Assembly (NCBI GenBank): GCA_043228905.1
Contig: JBHGNT010000022.1
Coordinates: 6,944,001-7,008,000, forward strand
Direction of reading: 5' to 3'
Source: Azolla caroliniana
Lineage: Eukaryota; Plantae; Polypodiophyta
DNA: 64,000 bases
Part shown: positions 1 to 12,665 of the stretch, piece by piece
Numbering within the stretch: position 1 is the first letter of the stretch
Layout: every line of letters begins with the position of its first letter
Notes under the pieces: generated by a model
What the model was told of the DNA's origin: nothing
The model's database searches: none
The model's input: only the letters and a program-made list of their open reading frames with translations
Made by a program: the position numbers and the translations under genes

Positions 1-1005
1 GCAATTGGGTTCTGTTATATGACAACAGCCTCGACAACCAGCACAAGGCGATGCGGAAGTTCGCAAGGAGGTGGTTCGGGCCTTACCTGGTGACAAGCGG
101 CAACGACAACGGGACCTACCATCTCACGGACCTTGACGGGATGAGGATGACAGTGCCGGTGGCCGGGAAAAGGATCAAAGCGTTCAAAAAGCAGCACGAG
201 GATGAACCGGACCCGGGCGGCTTGGATAGCGAGGACGACCGGTTCGGAGTGAATGGTGATCCTGAGGATGAAGGGTAAGCGCAGGCTGGTCTTCTCTGAC
301 AAGAGTCTATTTTGGCGCATACCGGTGGATGCGCGGTTAGGTGGGGGCGGATGTCGTGGAGAAAACCGTTCCTAGGTAGAACCGGAGAATAATGTGCACG
401 AACCGGCCCTTACACGTGGGCACAAGTTTTGTTGTAATATATATATTTAGGTACAAGTCAGCAGATGTGAATATCCTAGGTAACACACATTTGTTAGGTA
501 GAAAATCGAGGCATATCTTTGTCTGAAAGGACAGAGAATAAAGATGATGTAACGGGTTGTGACGGCCTCCCTCCTTGGGCTATAAAAGAGAGGGAGAGGA
601 ATCGTAATGGGGATCTCTTTTGTTGAGGACGAAGTGCTATCGGACTGGGACCAGGCTCTTCTCCTTCGTCTTTCTCTGTATTTGCTCTGTGGAGGTTTTC
701 GGGAGGCTGACTCTGCTCCGCGGAACACCCGAGTGCTTCCGACCGAGTCTCAATCTCGTGTATGTGCGTGTAGGCGTCAGAGCTTGTCGCTCACCGGCCC
801 GCCGGTTGTAACCCCTTTTATCTGATATATATATACATACACATACACACATTCATCTTGCTTCAATCAGTTGCGTTTTTGTGTATTTGTGCGTCTGCGA
901 AGCACGGCCATTGTCTTTCTTGCTCCCCGCCTGCTCTCTTGTTCCTCGGACCAAGACCCCCGCGGTCCCGCCTCGTTCTACACGCACGTGCGTAATAACG
1001 CGACA
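1..1005 (+). mobile_element. 3' end of a Ty3/gypsy (Tat/Athila-like) LTR retrotransposon: integrase C-terminus, PPT and 3' LTR
   Basis: ORF 51-278 (RKFARRWFGPYLV...GTYHLTDLDG...VAGKRIKAF) matches the GPY/F integrase C-terminal motif. A purine tract GGTGGGGGCGGA ends at 351, directly before the LTR. Confidence 0.85.
352..1005 (+). repeat. Gypsy 3' LTR (654 bp)
   Basis: Termini TGTCGTG...CGCGACA form an imperfect inverted repeat. TATA-like CTATAAAAG at ~580. Preceded by a PPT. Confidence 0.8.
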
Positions 1006-3123
1006 ACGTGTAGTTGGTTGATGGAAGAGTGCAATGCACTAACAGAATGATTCACTCACTAGTAATTTTACATTAATAATTTGTAGACAAAGTAGATTTC
1101 CATGCAATTAATGTTTATGCCCCTAATTGTTAAGTGTTTTCAATCCATAACAAGAACCATGAAGAAATTGGCACCAAAAATGTAAATAAAGCTCAAGGAG
1201 ATATTAGAAAAAGGGGGTAGAGTAAATCTCACTAAAAAGCTTGTCATCAAATGGCCACCCTAATGTGAAAGGAACCCAATTTCATTGTAAAAAGCTATAA
1301 AAGTGATTCTTTAGTAGCTCTTTAGCCTCCTTGGGTTCTGTCCTTTCACTTAGTTATATTAGAGCTCTAGAGCTCTAAATCTTTCATCTCAAACTTCCAT
1401 TTGAGCTTAAGCGTGGTTAAGGTTAATGTTGAAAGTTCAAGTTTCTGGAACTTGTTGAGGACTTGTGATTGAGTCAAGCAAGACAACAGAGATAACTAGA
1501 AAGAAGGAGGCTCATGTACTATTACAGAGGAGAACAAGATTCAAGAACAAGGGCAAGCTCAACCGGATTCGGATCGGCTGAATAAGCCAGAGCTGGATCA
1601 GTATCTGGAACGGAACCGGATTGTACTCCGGAATAGTGAGAATCGGTAGGCCGTTGGAACTTACGGTCCGAGCCTAGTACGAAGACATATTCCTTGGAGT
1701 TAGTGTCAGTCACTCGTATGAGCATTGAAGTACATGTCAGTACTTCTCTCAATCCTTTTAAGGACTTGTATAAAAAATGTTTTGTAGGACATCTTGTACA
1801 CATAGAGTGTTATTATTTTGAATTGAGTTTATGCTATTCTATTCTCTATGTCTCTCCCGTGTACCGTGTATCTTAAGTTTCTATTAAACCTTCATTTCTG
1901 TTTTACTGTTGTTATTCGGCTAAGCTGGTTTATCTAAGCTTTCGCATATTAACTTTTACATGGTATGAGAGCACGAGGGTTGAGAATCCTCTGACGCTGG
2001 CGAGTGACGCTCACATACAAAACCTAACACCCGATAAAGAACAGGAAGGAGAGAATGGACGGAGGAATGGCTAGCTCGCTCCCGACAGAGAAGCTCGACC
2101 GATTTAACTATGCATCCTAGTCGTACAAGATGCACCAGTACCTGCTTGGGCATGGCTACTAGAGTTATGTCGACGGAGCTAATGATATGGCACCTGATGC
2201 GACACACAGGGAATTCTTGGCTTGGGAACAAGCGGCAAGCAGGGTAATGTACTGCTTCGCGTCTAGTGTCGGTGATTAGTTGTTCAGCCATATCCGGGAC
2301 GCCAAGACGCCAAGATGCCAAAGGAAGCTTGAGGAAACCTGAAAAAGGTCTTCACTGCAAGCACCACGGCCTGGAAGCTGCAACTCGGATCCATTAAGAA
2401 ATGTCCAACAAAAGGACATGTTCGTGGCCGATTACACGGCTCGGATCAAAGGCATTTGTGATTCACTTGCTTCCATCAACGTGACCTTCGAGGAGGATGA
2501 GATTGTGAATGTAAATGTCCGGAAGCATTAGATAGAACCGGCTCAGCCGGATAGCAACAAAGAATAAGAGGTTTAATGGAAAAGCTTAATACATAGAGGA
2601 GACAGAGAGAGCAGAACGTAAAACGTTTATTCAAAATAACTCTCCAACTCTGTACATACAACCTGCTAAACAACACTATTTATACAAGTCCATAAAGGAC
2701 TGACAGAAGTACTGACAGGTACTTAAATATTCCTACGTGCAACTGACACTAACTACGAGACAATGATTACCTAGTAGTTTAGGCTACTACTAGGCTTCCG
2801 GTTCCCGCTCAAATCTGGCTCTCCGATCCGTCTCCCCGATCCGGCCAGTTGTTTCCGGATACCGATCCAACTCATCCTTTCGGATGCCTATTCGGCTCAG
2901 GCTGCTTTAGCCGATCCGGATCCGGTTGAGCTTTCTCGCTGAACACTCCCCCTCAAGCTCAACTTGGTGTCCGTGGCAGCCGGTTCCTCTACGCGGCTCC
3001 GTCTGGTGTTGCTCTGCCTTGCTTGTGCTCCTTGTCCGGTTCGGTCCAGTTTTCCGCGACCCTTTTGGTTCTGCGCACTTCGACCTCCTGGGTCGGCTTG
3101 TCTGCTCAACAGGCCCATTTAAG

Positions 3124-3854
3124 TGTTAGGAAACAGGTTCCTCCGGATGGGAAGTGAGAAGAAAAGTACTGATGAGCAAACCGGATGTGGAGTACCAGGC
3201 AACAAAAGGACCCGATGAGAACCGGATGAAGAGTACCTGACTACGAAAGACCCAGTGCGAACCGGATGAAGAGTTCCCGACTTCGGAAGACCCGGTGAGA
3301 ACCGGATGAAGAGTACCCCACTACGGAAGGCCCGGTGAGAACCGGATGACAAGTGCCCAGCAAGAGCTGGATGATGCAGGCCCGGTGAGGAGTGCTCACC
3401 GGATGAAGGGACATATTCGTAAATATGTTTTCTGAGAGTCCATCGGGGCTATATTTGTAAATAGCCGAAAAATCATATTAGTATAAATATGACTTAAGGC
3501 AAACTTAGATAAGTTGTTGTCATTCTTGTTGGCGTAAGACTAGAGAGAGCGCGTAACAGTGTACATAGAGAGAGAGAGAGGAAGAGGTCGTTGCCTCTGT
3601 TGTAACCACCGCCTGTGGCGAAGATCGTGAGCGCGGGGTCGTTGCCTCCGTGAGCTCACTGTTGTAATAATTGGGATATAGTGATAGTTTGGAGTCTATG
3701 GACTCTCGTGGTTTTTCCCTCTCAAGGTTTTCCACGTTAAACATCCTGTGTACTCTTCTCTCCTTTGTGTCGTGCGTTCATTATCCGTTTTCTGTGTTTG
3801 ATCTTAGACTCGGTTGTGGCCGAGCGTTGTTATCGGAGCGTGTAGTTCCTGTCA
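3124..3854 (+). mobile_element. Solo LTR (family C type) inside A2
   Basis: TG...CA ends and TSD TTAAG (3119-3123 and 3855-3859). Internal 40-bp tandem repeats. Shares GGTTGTGGCCG and TTTTCCACGT motifs with the LTRs at 29.5, 44.6 and 62.9 kb. Confidence 0.88.
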
Positions 3855-6800
3855 TTAAGCTCCCTCGCTGCTGCGACTCCGTTGCTTGTCTACCCATCGG
3901 TTCCTTCGTGTTGGCGTCGACTTCTGCTGCATCCGTGTCCGTTTGACCTTTAGTTGATCCGGCTTCTCCGAATCTTGAACCGAATCAGTTTCCTTCGATT
4001 CGTTCCAGCTCTTGTTTGAATCGGTTCCTCCCGATTCGTTCCGGCTCTTGTCCGAGTCGGTGTTCTCCAACTCATCTTCCGGTTTCAGGCCCTTCACCAT
4101 ATCAGACCATGTCTGGGTCTTGGCCTTCTTGTTCCGGTCGGCTCTGTCCTTTTAGTCTATCGCCGCTGCCACTCGTTCCAACTTGTTTGGATGTGCCGAC
4201 TTCCTTCGTCGACTCGGCTTCCTTTTTCCCTTTGTCTCCCCCTTTGTTAGTTCTTTCTTCCTCTCCGGCTCCTTGTCCGGTGCCCTCTATTCCCTTTACT
4301 TTTCTCCCCCTCAAGTGCAGCACATCGAGATGCTGAACACCAAGCATTTCGGTGAACTGCTGCAACTTGTCCGATCTGAGCAGTTTGGTGAAGTTATCGG
4401 CAACTTGCCGATCCGTCTGAACATACCGAAGTTCAACTTCACCGCTCAAAACCCGCTCACGCACGAAGTGATAATGCACTTCTATGTGCTTTGTCCGAGC
4501 ATGGAACACGGGGTTCTTGGCGAGTTGAATGCTACTCATCTTGTCATAGTAGATCAGGATCGGGGTCTGTACCTCAATCCGCGGGTCTTGCAGCAGCCAC
4601 CAAAGCCAGATGGCTTCACAGGTGGCATTGGTAGTGCCCCGGTATTCAGCCTCAGTGCTCGACAGAGCCACTGTTGGCTGCTTTTTGTTGCTCCACGCAA
4701 CAACCACGCTACCTAGAGAAAACATGTAATCGGAGGTGGATCAATGATCCAATGCATCACTAGCCCAATCGGCATCGGTATATCCGACTAGCTTCCCAGC
4801 TATACTGCGTCGGTATAACAGTCCCTAATCCTTTGTGCCGCTAACATACTGGAGTATCTGATGTGCGCACTGAAGGTGCTCGATTGTCGGCTTCTGTATG
4901 AATTGGTTGATCACTCCGACCGGGTAATTGAGGTCGGGTCGAGTGATTGTCAAGTATATGAGGCTTTCGACGAATTGTCAGAACCGTTTCTCATCATAGG
5001 CCGGTTCGGAGTTGGGATAGAGCTTCTGGTTCCGGTTTAGGGGTGTGGAGACAAGTTGGCATTCTGTCATGCCGAACTTGTATAACATATTCAACACATA
5101 GTGTCGTTGTGAGAGCAATATGCCGTCGGGGTTTCGGATCACCCTGATCCCTAAAAAATAATGAAGGTCCCCCAGGTCCTTCATTTCAAATACGTCTGAC
5201 AGTTGGCACTTTACTCGACCGATTTCATTGAGTCCGGGTCCGGTGATGACCAAATCATCTACATAAAGCAAGATGCAAAGCGGACCGTCCAGACCTTGCC
5301 GAATGAACAATGATGAGTCAGATTTAGAGGTCACAAACCCCATCTTATGCAACTGGTGCGTAATCTTCGAATTCCAAGCTCAGGGGCTTGTTTCAGACTG
5401 TAAAACGACTTCTTAAGCTGGCACACCATCGACTTGTTCATCTCTGACTGAAAACCGGGAGGTTGGATCATATAGACCCATTCTTCAAGGTCACCTTGAA
5501 GAAACACATTCTTCACGTCCATTTGGTGAAGATCCCACCCCCTTGCTACAACAACCGCCAGTACCACACAAACAATCGTAATCTTCGCTACCGGGGCGAA
5601 GGTCTCGTCGTAATTGATTCTGTGGGTTTGTGCGTATCCCTTCACCACTAACCGAGCCTTGTACCGGTTAACTGAACCGTCGGCATTGTACTTTACCTTG
5701 TACACCCATTTGCAACTGATCGGTTTACAGTGTCGGGGAGGGTCAATGAGGTCCCATGCGTCGTTGGCATCGAGTGCCCGCGTTCTTCTTCCATAGCGGC
5801 ACACCAATTTGTGTCCTTTGCCGCTTGTGCGTAGCTCTCCGGCTCACGCACTTCCGCCACTTGGTCATGTACGCATAGTGATGCGCCATGTACTCATTGT
5901 AGTCGTACCACGTAACGGGGTTCTTCAGGCGGGAAGACCGGCGTAACTTGGTATCACCCGGTTTGGGGTCCTTCTTAGCCAGTTCGGACTTCATTCCCGA
6001 AGATCCTCCTTCATCCTTTCCGGAGTCGGATGCATTCCAATCCGACTCAACGTTGCCGGCTTCGTATTCCGGCATCTTCTTATTCCCCTTCTCTTTGCAC
6101 GTGAACCGTCTCTTCGGTTCCTTGCGCGGGGAGAGCACGATAGAATCTCCATTACTCGCAGGTTCTTCATCCGACTGGTAACTTTGACCAAGTCGCTCAT
6201 TCGGTCCGCTCAGCCGAAACGATTCCGGACTCTCTTCTAGAGTCTCCAGGTCGTCATCTTCTATCTAGACCTCCTCGGACTCACTAGCCTCATCTTCCAG
6301 AATCGGGTCTTCCTCGGGAGTTGGAGTCGGTAAGGAGTACCATGATGCCGTCTCATCAAACTCGACATCTCGGCTTACTCGGACATGCTTAGTCCGAGGG
6401 TTATAACACTTATACCCCTTCTTCTCATGAGAGTAACCGACTAGGATGCACTTCTCCGACTTCAGATTTAGCTTTTTCCGCTTCTCATATGGTACATGCA
6501 CATATGTTATGCTACCGAATATTCGAAGGTGTCTCAAATTCGGCTTGCGCCCGAAATACAGCTCGTGTGTTGACACCTTGTCACCAATCCGGTTTTGGAT
6601 GTAGACAGTCGTCCGGACCTCCTCAGCCCTGTAGAAATGGGGCATGCTCTTCTCCTCCAACATTTCCCTTTCCGCGTCGACAATCAACCGGTTCTTCCTT
6701 TCGGCCACACCGTTTTGCTTCGGTGTGTACTTGCAGCTGAATTCTCTCTGAATTCCGTTCTACTACAGATAACTATTGAATTGGCTGGAAAAATATTCTT

Positions 6801-8513
6801 TCCTGCCATTTGACCACAGGCACTTGATCTTCCTCTCCGTTTCCCGTTCAACCATGCTTTGAAGGTTCCGGAAACACTAGAAGACTTTGCTCTTCCTCTC
6901 GATGAGCTAGATCCACGTGTGCCGGTTGTAGTCATCGATGAAGGAGACCAAATTCCGACTCCCACCAAGACTAACGTTTTGTGCCGGTCCCCATACATCC
7001 GAATGGATTAAATTGAGCTTGTTATGGCTTAGGTTTCGATCGGTGGGGAATGGAATCCGGTGTTGCTTCCCGAGTTGGCAGGCTTCACAAATTTTGGCCT
7101 TCCGACCGCTAAATTTCGGCAAACCAAAGACAACCTGTTTCGATTGGGGGTCTTGAAGCCTCCGGTAGTTGATGTGGCCGATCCGTTTGTGCCACAGGTC
7201 AATGTTCGACTCAACCTTCTGCCCTTTGGCAAACATGGAGGTGCCAACGTCATTGGTGTTAAGGATGAACATCCTCCCTTCTCTGCACCCTTGCACAAGT
7301 ATCCGACCTTCTTCCTCGATGAAGCACCCTAGGTGCGTAAACTGCAACTGCATCAGCTGGTCGACGATTTGTCCAACTGACACCAGGTTCTTTGTGATAG
7401 TCGGAGCGTGTAGTACGTTCATCAACTTCCCCTTTTGTCCGACATGGCTTAAAGGGAATTCTCCGACATGCACAATCGGGTGAGGGATGTCGTCTCCAGT
7501 TTCGACAATCTCTGGTTGTTCCAGCTTCTCCAAAAAGGAGAACCACTCTTCATGGCTCGTCATGTGGTTGGACGCTCCGGAATCAAAATACCATACGTCC
7601 TCCGATTTGGAAGTAGTTTTCTTCATCGAGTTAGCCTTGTGTTTCATCATGAAGGCTGGCCCTTTACCGGTTTTCCCGGTTTCGGATCCTTCCGATCCTT
7701 CCACGTAGTGCGAGATTTGCTGGTTCTCCCGACCAGTTTTGCCATATCCGGATTTGTCTGAATCGACGCGCTTCTTCCAGCACTCGCTTTCCCTGTGTCC
7801 CTTTTTGCCACAGTACCAACATTCCGTGTCAGCCTTTCCTTGTCGGCTCCCAGTGCCACTTTGACTCCCCTTGCTTGTGGAGGGTCCAGAACTGCTGTCG
7901 GCACCTCCTTTGTGCCTCTGGTTCTGCACTTGCCGACCACCTCCATTGCATGCTGACCCACCTCGTCCACCACGTCCATGGGGCCGATCTATGTCCGTGT
8001 ACAACATCCGACCGTCCGATTGAGTGGTCCTTGACCCACGCGTGTGGTTTTCTTCGACCATCAACATCGATTGCAAGTCGAAGAAAGATGGTAGTTTCTC
8101 CCGACTGCAGATCATTGTCCGGATTGGCCCGTACCTTTGCACTAGACTACCGAGGCAGATTTGTACCATCTTGTCTTTGTTTACCGTCACGTTGATGGAC
8201 CCGAGTGTGTCGCAAATCTCCTTTATCTTGGTGGTGTAATCCGTAATTGACATGTCTCTTTGCAGAATATTGTTTAGCTCTTGCCGGAGCTGCAACTTAC
8301 GGGTTGTGGTACTCGTGGTGAAAATCTTCCTCATATTTCCCCAGGCCTCCTTTGGCATCTTTGCATCCTTGATCTAGCCGAGCATCTGATCATGCACAAA
8401 GGACGCGAGGCAGTACAATACTTTGCTCACTCCTTGCTCCCATACCGGGAAGTCCTTGTGTGACGACTCTGGTGCTACTTCATTTGTTCCTTTCACGAAG
8501 CTCCAATATCCAT

Positions 8514-8859
8514 TGTTGTTGGGGTGGGGGGTGAAACCTAGAATGGCTTCACCCGCCTCCCAAGGGGGTTACGTTAGAGAGAGAGAAAGAGAGAAAGAAA
8601 AATAGAGAATGACACAAATGTGAGAGGGGAAAAAAGGTTATCTCATTACATACCCCATAGGGGTTTATATAATACATCCAATGTAACGGTTACATGACCG
8701 TTATAAATGAGACCGTTACACATTCTTGTACACATGCACATAATTGTGCATGTGTCCATACACATACTCATCCTCACACACTCATTTACTTTACACATAC
8801 ACATCAACCACATCATTACACATACCCTTATGCCTCCTCGTATATTCTTACGGGTAACA
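8514..8859. mobile_element. Short solo LTR (346 bp) inserted in the A2 gag
   Basis: TGTTG...TAACA ends and TSD TCCAT (8509-8513 and 8860-8864). The gag sequence resumes across it. Confidence 0.85.
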
Positions 8860-11800
8860 TCCATGCCCCAGCAGTACTGGTGCATTTTATATGACCAGGA
8901 CGCGTAGTTGTTCCGGTCGAGCTTCTCTATTGGAAGTGAACTCGCCATTCCTCTGTCCATATCTTCTTTGTATCTGTTGTTACCGGGCAATTGACACTAA
9001 CTACGAGACAATGATTACCTAGTAGTCTAGGCTACTACTAGGCTTCTGGTTCCTGCTCGAATCCGGCTCTCCGATCCGTCTCCCCGATCCGGCTGGTTGT
9101 TTCCGGATACCATCCAGATACTGATCCGGATCTGGTTGAGCTTGCTCGCTCAACAGAGATGATGCAGGTCTGTCTCGGGGGCCTAGCGTCGAAGTTCAGA
9201 GCATTCCAGACTACAGTATGTACAAGGGAGAATACGCCCTTCTTTTTCGACTTACAATCGATGCTCCTTGTAGAGGAGAACCACACGGGTGCGTCGACGA
9301 GCACGCACATTGACATCAAGATGTTGTACATGGAGGAAGAGAGGTCCCGTGCTCGTGGTGGACGAGGCGGAAGGACGCGCAATGCAAGCGGCCGACATGA
9401 GCACAATCGGAGGCACAAAGATGGTGATGACAACAATTTTGGACCCTCCGGGGAAAGGTCAAAACAGAATGCTAGTATTGTGGCTGGAAGGACAATAGAG
9501 AAAGCGAGTGTTGGAAGAAGAGAGTTGGTTCGGACAAAGCCAGATCGAGCTAGAAAGACGCTGACATGCGTCATCGATCCCAGTCCGCTGGAGGCTCGAA
9601 GAGAGTCGGGTCGGAACTAGTCCTCTTAATGAAGCATAAGGCCAACTTAATGGGATTATTCGAGTCGAAGTTGGAAGAAGTTTGCTACGTAGACTCCAGA
9701 GCTTCAAACCTCATGACAAACCATAAATAGTGGTTCTCCTTTCTCGAGAAGCCAGAGAAGCTTAGGGTAGTCAAAACCAGTGATGACACCCCACATCCCA
9801 TCGTGCACATTAGAGATGTCCCTTTGAGCCATGTCGGTCAAAAGGGAATCATGAGGAACGTCTTGCATGTACCGACAATCACTAAGAACTTGGTGTTGGT
9901 CGGTCAGATCATAGATCAAGGTATGCAAGTCAGGTTCACTCACCATGGATGCTTCATCGAGGAGGAAGGCCATATTATCGCGCAAGGCCGCCGGGATGGA
10001 AGAATTTTCATTGTCGAAACTAATGATGTTGGCACCGCTATGTTCGCAAAAGGGCAAAAGGTCGAGTCAGACCGGCACAAAATGTGAGCATCGACGGGAG
10101 TCGGTATTTCATCTCCTTCATCGACAATTTCAGTTGACACACTTGAATCTATTTGATCGAGAAGAAGAGCAAAGTATTCCCTTGCTTCGAAGACCAAAAG
10201 AGTCATGTAGAGCGAGAAACCAGAAGGAAGATCAAGTGTTTGAGATTGGGTGGCGGAAAAGAGTACTTTTCCGGCGAAGCGGCAAGAGCGATGCTAGAAG
10301 AGAAATGCATGCCCCAGATTTATTGGGCCGAAGCAATTCGGACAACCATCTACATACAGAATCAGATATCTACCGTAGGGACAAAGGTGTCACCGCACAA
10401 ATTGTATTTTGAGCAGAAAACAAATTTGGCGCACCTTCGGGTATTCGACAACATTGCCTATGTTCATGTGCCGTATGAGAAGCAGAAGAAACTGGATGCA
10501 AAATCCGAGAAATGCATCCTAGTTGGCTACTCCGATGAACAAAAGGGGTACAAGTGCTACATCCCCTGTTCAAAACAAGTCCGAGTTAGCCCTGATATTG
10601 TCTTCGACGAATCAACATCTTGGTACTTCTCATCACCCGAACCCAAAACTATTGCTATGGATTATAGAACTGATTCTAGAATAGAAGGAAGCATAGCAGA
10701 ATCTGAACCGGATAGTCCGACTTCTCTCCGGATCAATGGACCAAATCCGGACTGGTTGAGCCGGAACGGTCAACCAAATGATGAGTCGGCGAGTAGTGAA
10801 GACTCGGCCGTGCTCACCCCGCGCACGGAACCAAGGAGACGTTTCACGCACAAAGAGAAAGGAAAAAAGAAGATGTCGTAATATGACACTGACGAATCTG
10901 ACTCCGGAAAGCAAGAAGACGGACCTCTGGAGAAGAGGTCGGAGTCGGCCAAGAGGGCCATCAAATCTGTAGTGCAGAAATTGCGCCGATCTACCCGCCA
11001 GAAGCACCCCGTAGTTCGATACGGATATAACGTGTATATGGCGCATCATTATGTGTACATGACAAAGGTAGCAACCGTGCATGAGCTGGAGAGCTATGCC
11101 GAAGCAACTAAGATCCTAACTGGCAGAAAACCATGGAGGAAGACATGCACACACTCATGGAGAATGAGACATGGGACTTGGTGGACATATCGAAAGGAGT
11201 GAAGACGATCGGTTGTCAATGGGTATACAAAGTTAAATACAACACCAATGGCTTCGTCAACAAGTACAAAGCCTGACTAGTGGCAAAGGGCTACGCGTAG
11301 TAGCACGACATCGACTACGATGAGACGTTCATGCTAATCGCAAAGATGACGACCATCCGCATCTTGGTTGCGGTGGCAGTGGCAAAGGGGTAGCATCTAC
11401 ATCAAATGGATGTGAAAAATGCATTCTTGCAGAGTGACCTTGAGGAACAAGTATACATGGTTCAACCCCCCAGATTTCAATCTGGAATGAACATGTTGGT
11501 AGTTTGCCGATTGAAGAAGTCCCTTTACGGACTCAAGCAAGCCCCGTGTGCCTGGAACTCGAAAATAACGCAAAAACTACATTTGGATGGGGTTTGCCGC
11601 GTAAAAGCCGGATTCTTCACTCTTCATCCGATAAGGTCGGAACAGACCGGTTAGTATTTTACTTTATATTGATGATTTAGTCATCGACCCGACCTGGATG
11701 AAATCAACCGCGTCAAGTCTAAACTCGCAGCATCGTTCGACATGAAAAATCTTGGGGACCTTCATTACTTCCTCGGGATCGAAGTGATCCACACCCCGGA

Positions 11801-12665
11801 AGGCATATTGATCAGTCAACGCAACTATGTGTTGAGTATGCTCTTGAAATTGGGTATGAAGGAATGCAAATCTATCTCAACTCCTTTGGATCGGAATGTG
11901 AAGCTCCGCCCCGACTCCGGAATGGCACGTGACTCGAAAAGATTCCGACAAATAGTCAGAAGCCTCATATATCTGACCATCACCAGGCGGGACCTCAGTT
12001 ATCCAGTCGGATTGATTAGTCAATTTATGACGCATCCAACCGTGGACCACCTTCAGTGCGACCGAATACTTAGGTACGTCGGCGACACTAAGGACAAGGG
12101 GTTGCTTTATCAGATCTATGTAGCTGGACAACTTGTCGGCTACACGGATGCTAATTGGGCCAGAAATGCCAGTGACCGTAGGTCTACATCCGGATATGCA
12201 TTTTCACTTTGAAGCACCACGGTCGCCTGGAACAGTAAGAAGCAACTGACAGTAGCACTGTCAAGCACCGAGGCCGAGTACCGAGGAGTGTCTATCGCGA
12301 CATGCGAAGCCATATGGCTCAAGAGGATCGTGAAGGATCTGCAGTTGGAGGTGTCCAAGTCGACAACGATCTAGTGTGACAACCTCAGCAACATCCAGTT
12401 GGCGAAGAACCCCATTTTTCATGCCCGGACCAAGCACATTGAGGTGCACAACCATTTTGTCCGTGACTGTGTCCTCTTCGGTGAACTCGAACTTGTGTAT
12501 AATTCGACGGATCGACAGATTGCCGACATCTTCACCAAACCTGTCGGCTTGGACTAGTTGCAACATTTTTCGGAGATGCTTGGTCTTCAACATCTCAACA
12601 TGCCGCACTTGAGGGGGAGAAAGGAAACCGCAATGGGAACTGGGAAAAAAGGTAAAGGTAGCCGG

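Larger units (their letters stand above)
2504..9155 (-). mobile_element. Ty1/copia family A element (A2) inserted into the gag of A1
   Basis: TSD GAGAT at 2499-2503 and 9156-9160. 3' LTR 2504-2944 with the PPT complement CTCCCCCTCAAG adjacent. Gag-PR-IN ORF 6907-8358 (CWYCGKKGHRESEC knuckle, WYFDSGASNHM). RT (YVDDL) and RNase H ORFs. The 5' LTR is reduced to ~8990-9155 and the PBS is deleted. Confidence 0.93.

Noticed and set aside
1961-1972. Alternative primer tRNA suggested by PBS variants (TGGTATGAGAGC, TGGTGTGAGAGC, TGGTATCAAAGC)
   Set aside because: Each is 1-2 substitutions from the standard iMet PBS TGGTATCAGAGC in decayed copies, and A4 retains the canonical core.
4183-8240. Numerous + strand ORFs of 60-180 aa
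   Set aside because: They are antisense shadows of the minus-strand copia pol. The same applies to similar ORFs across the other elements and opposite eIF1A and the PPR gene.
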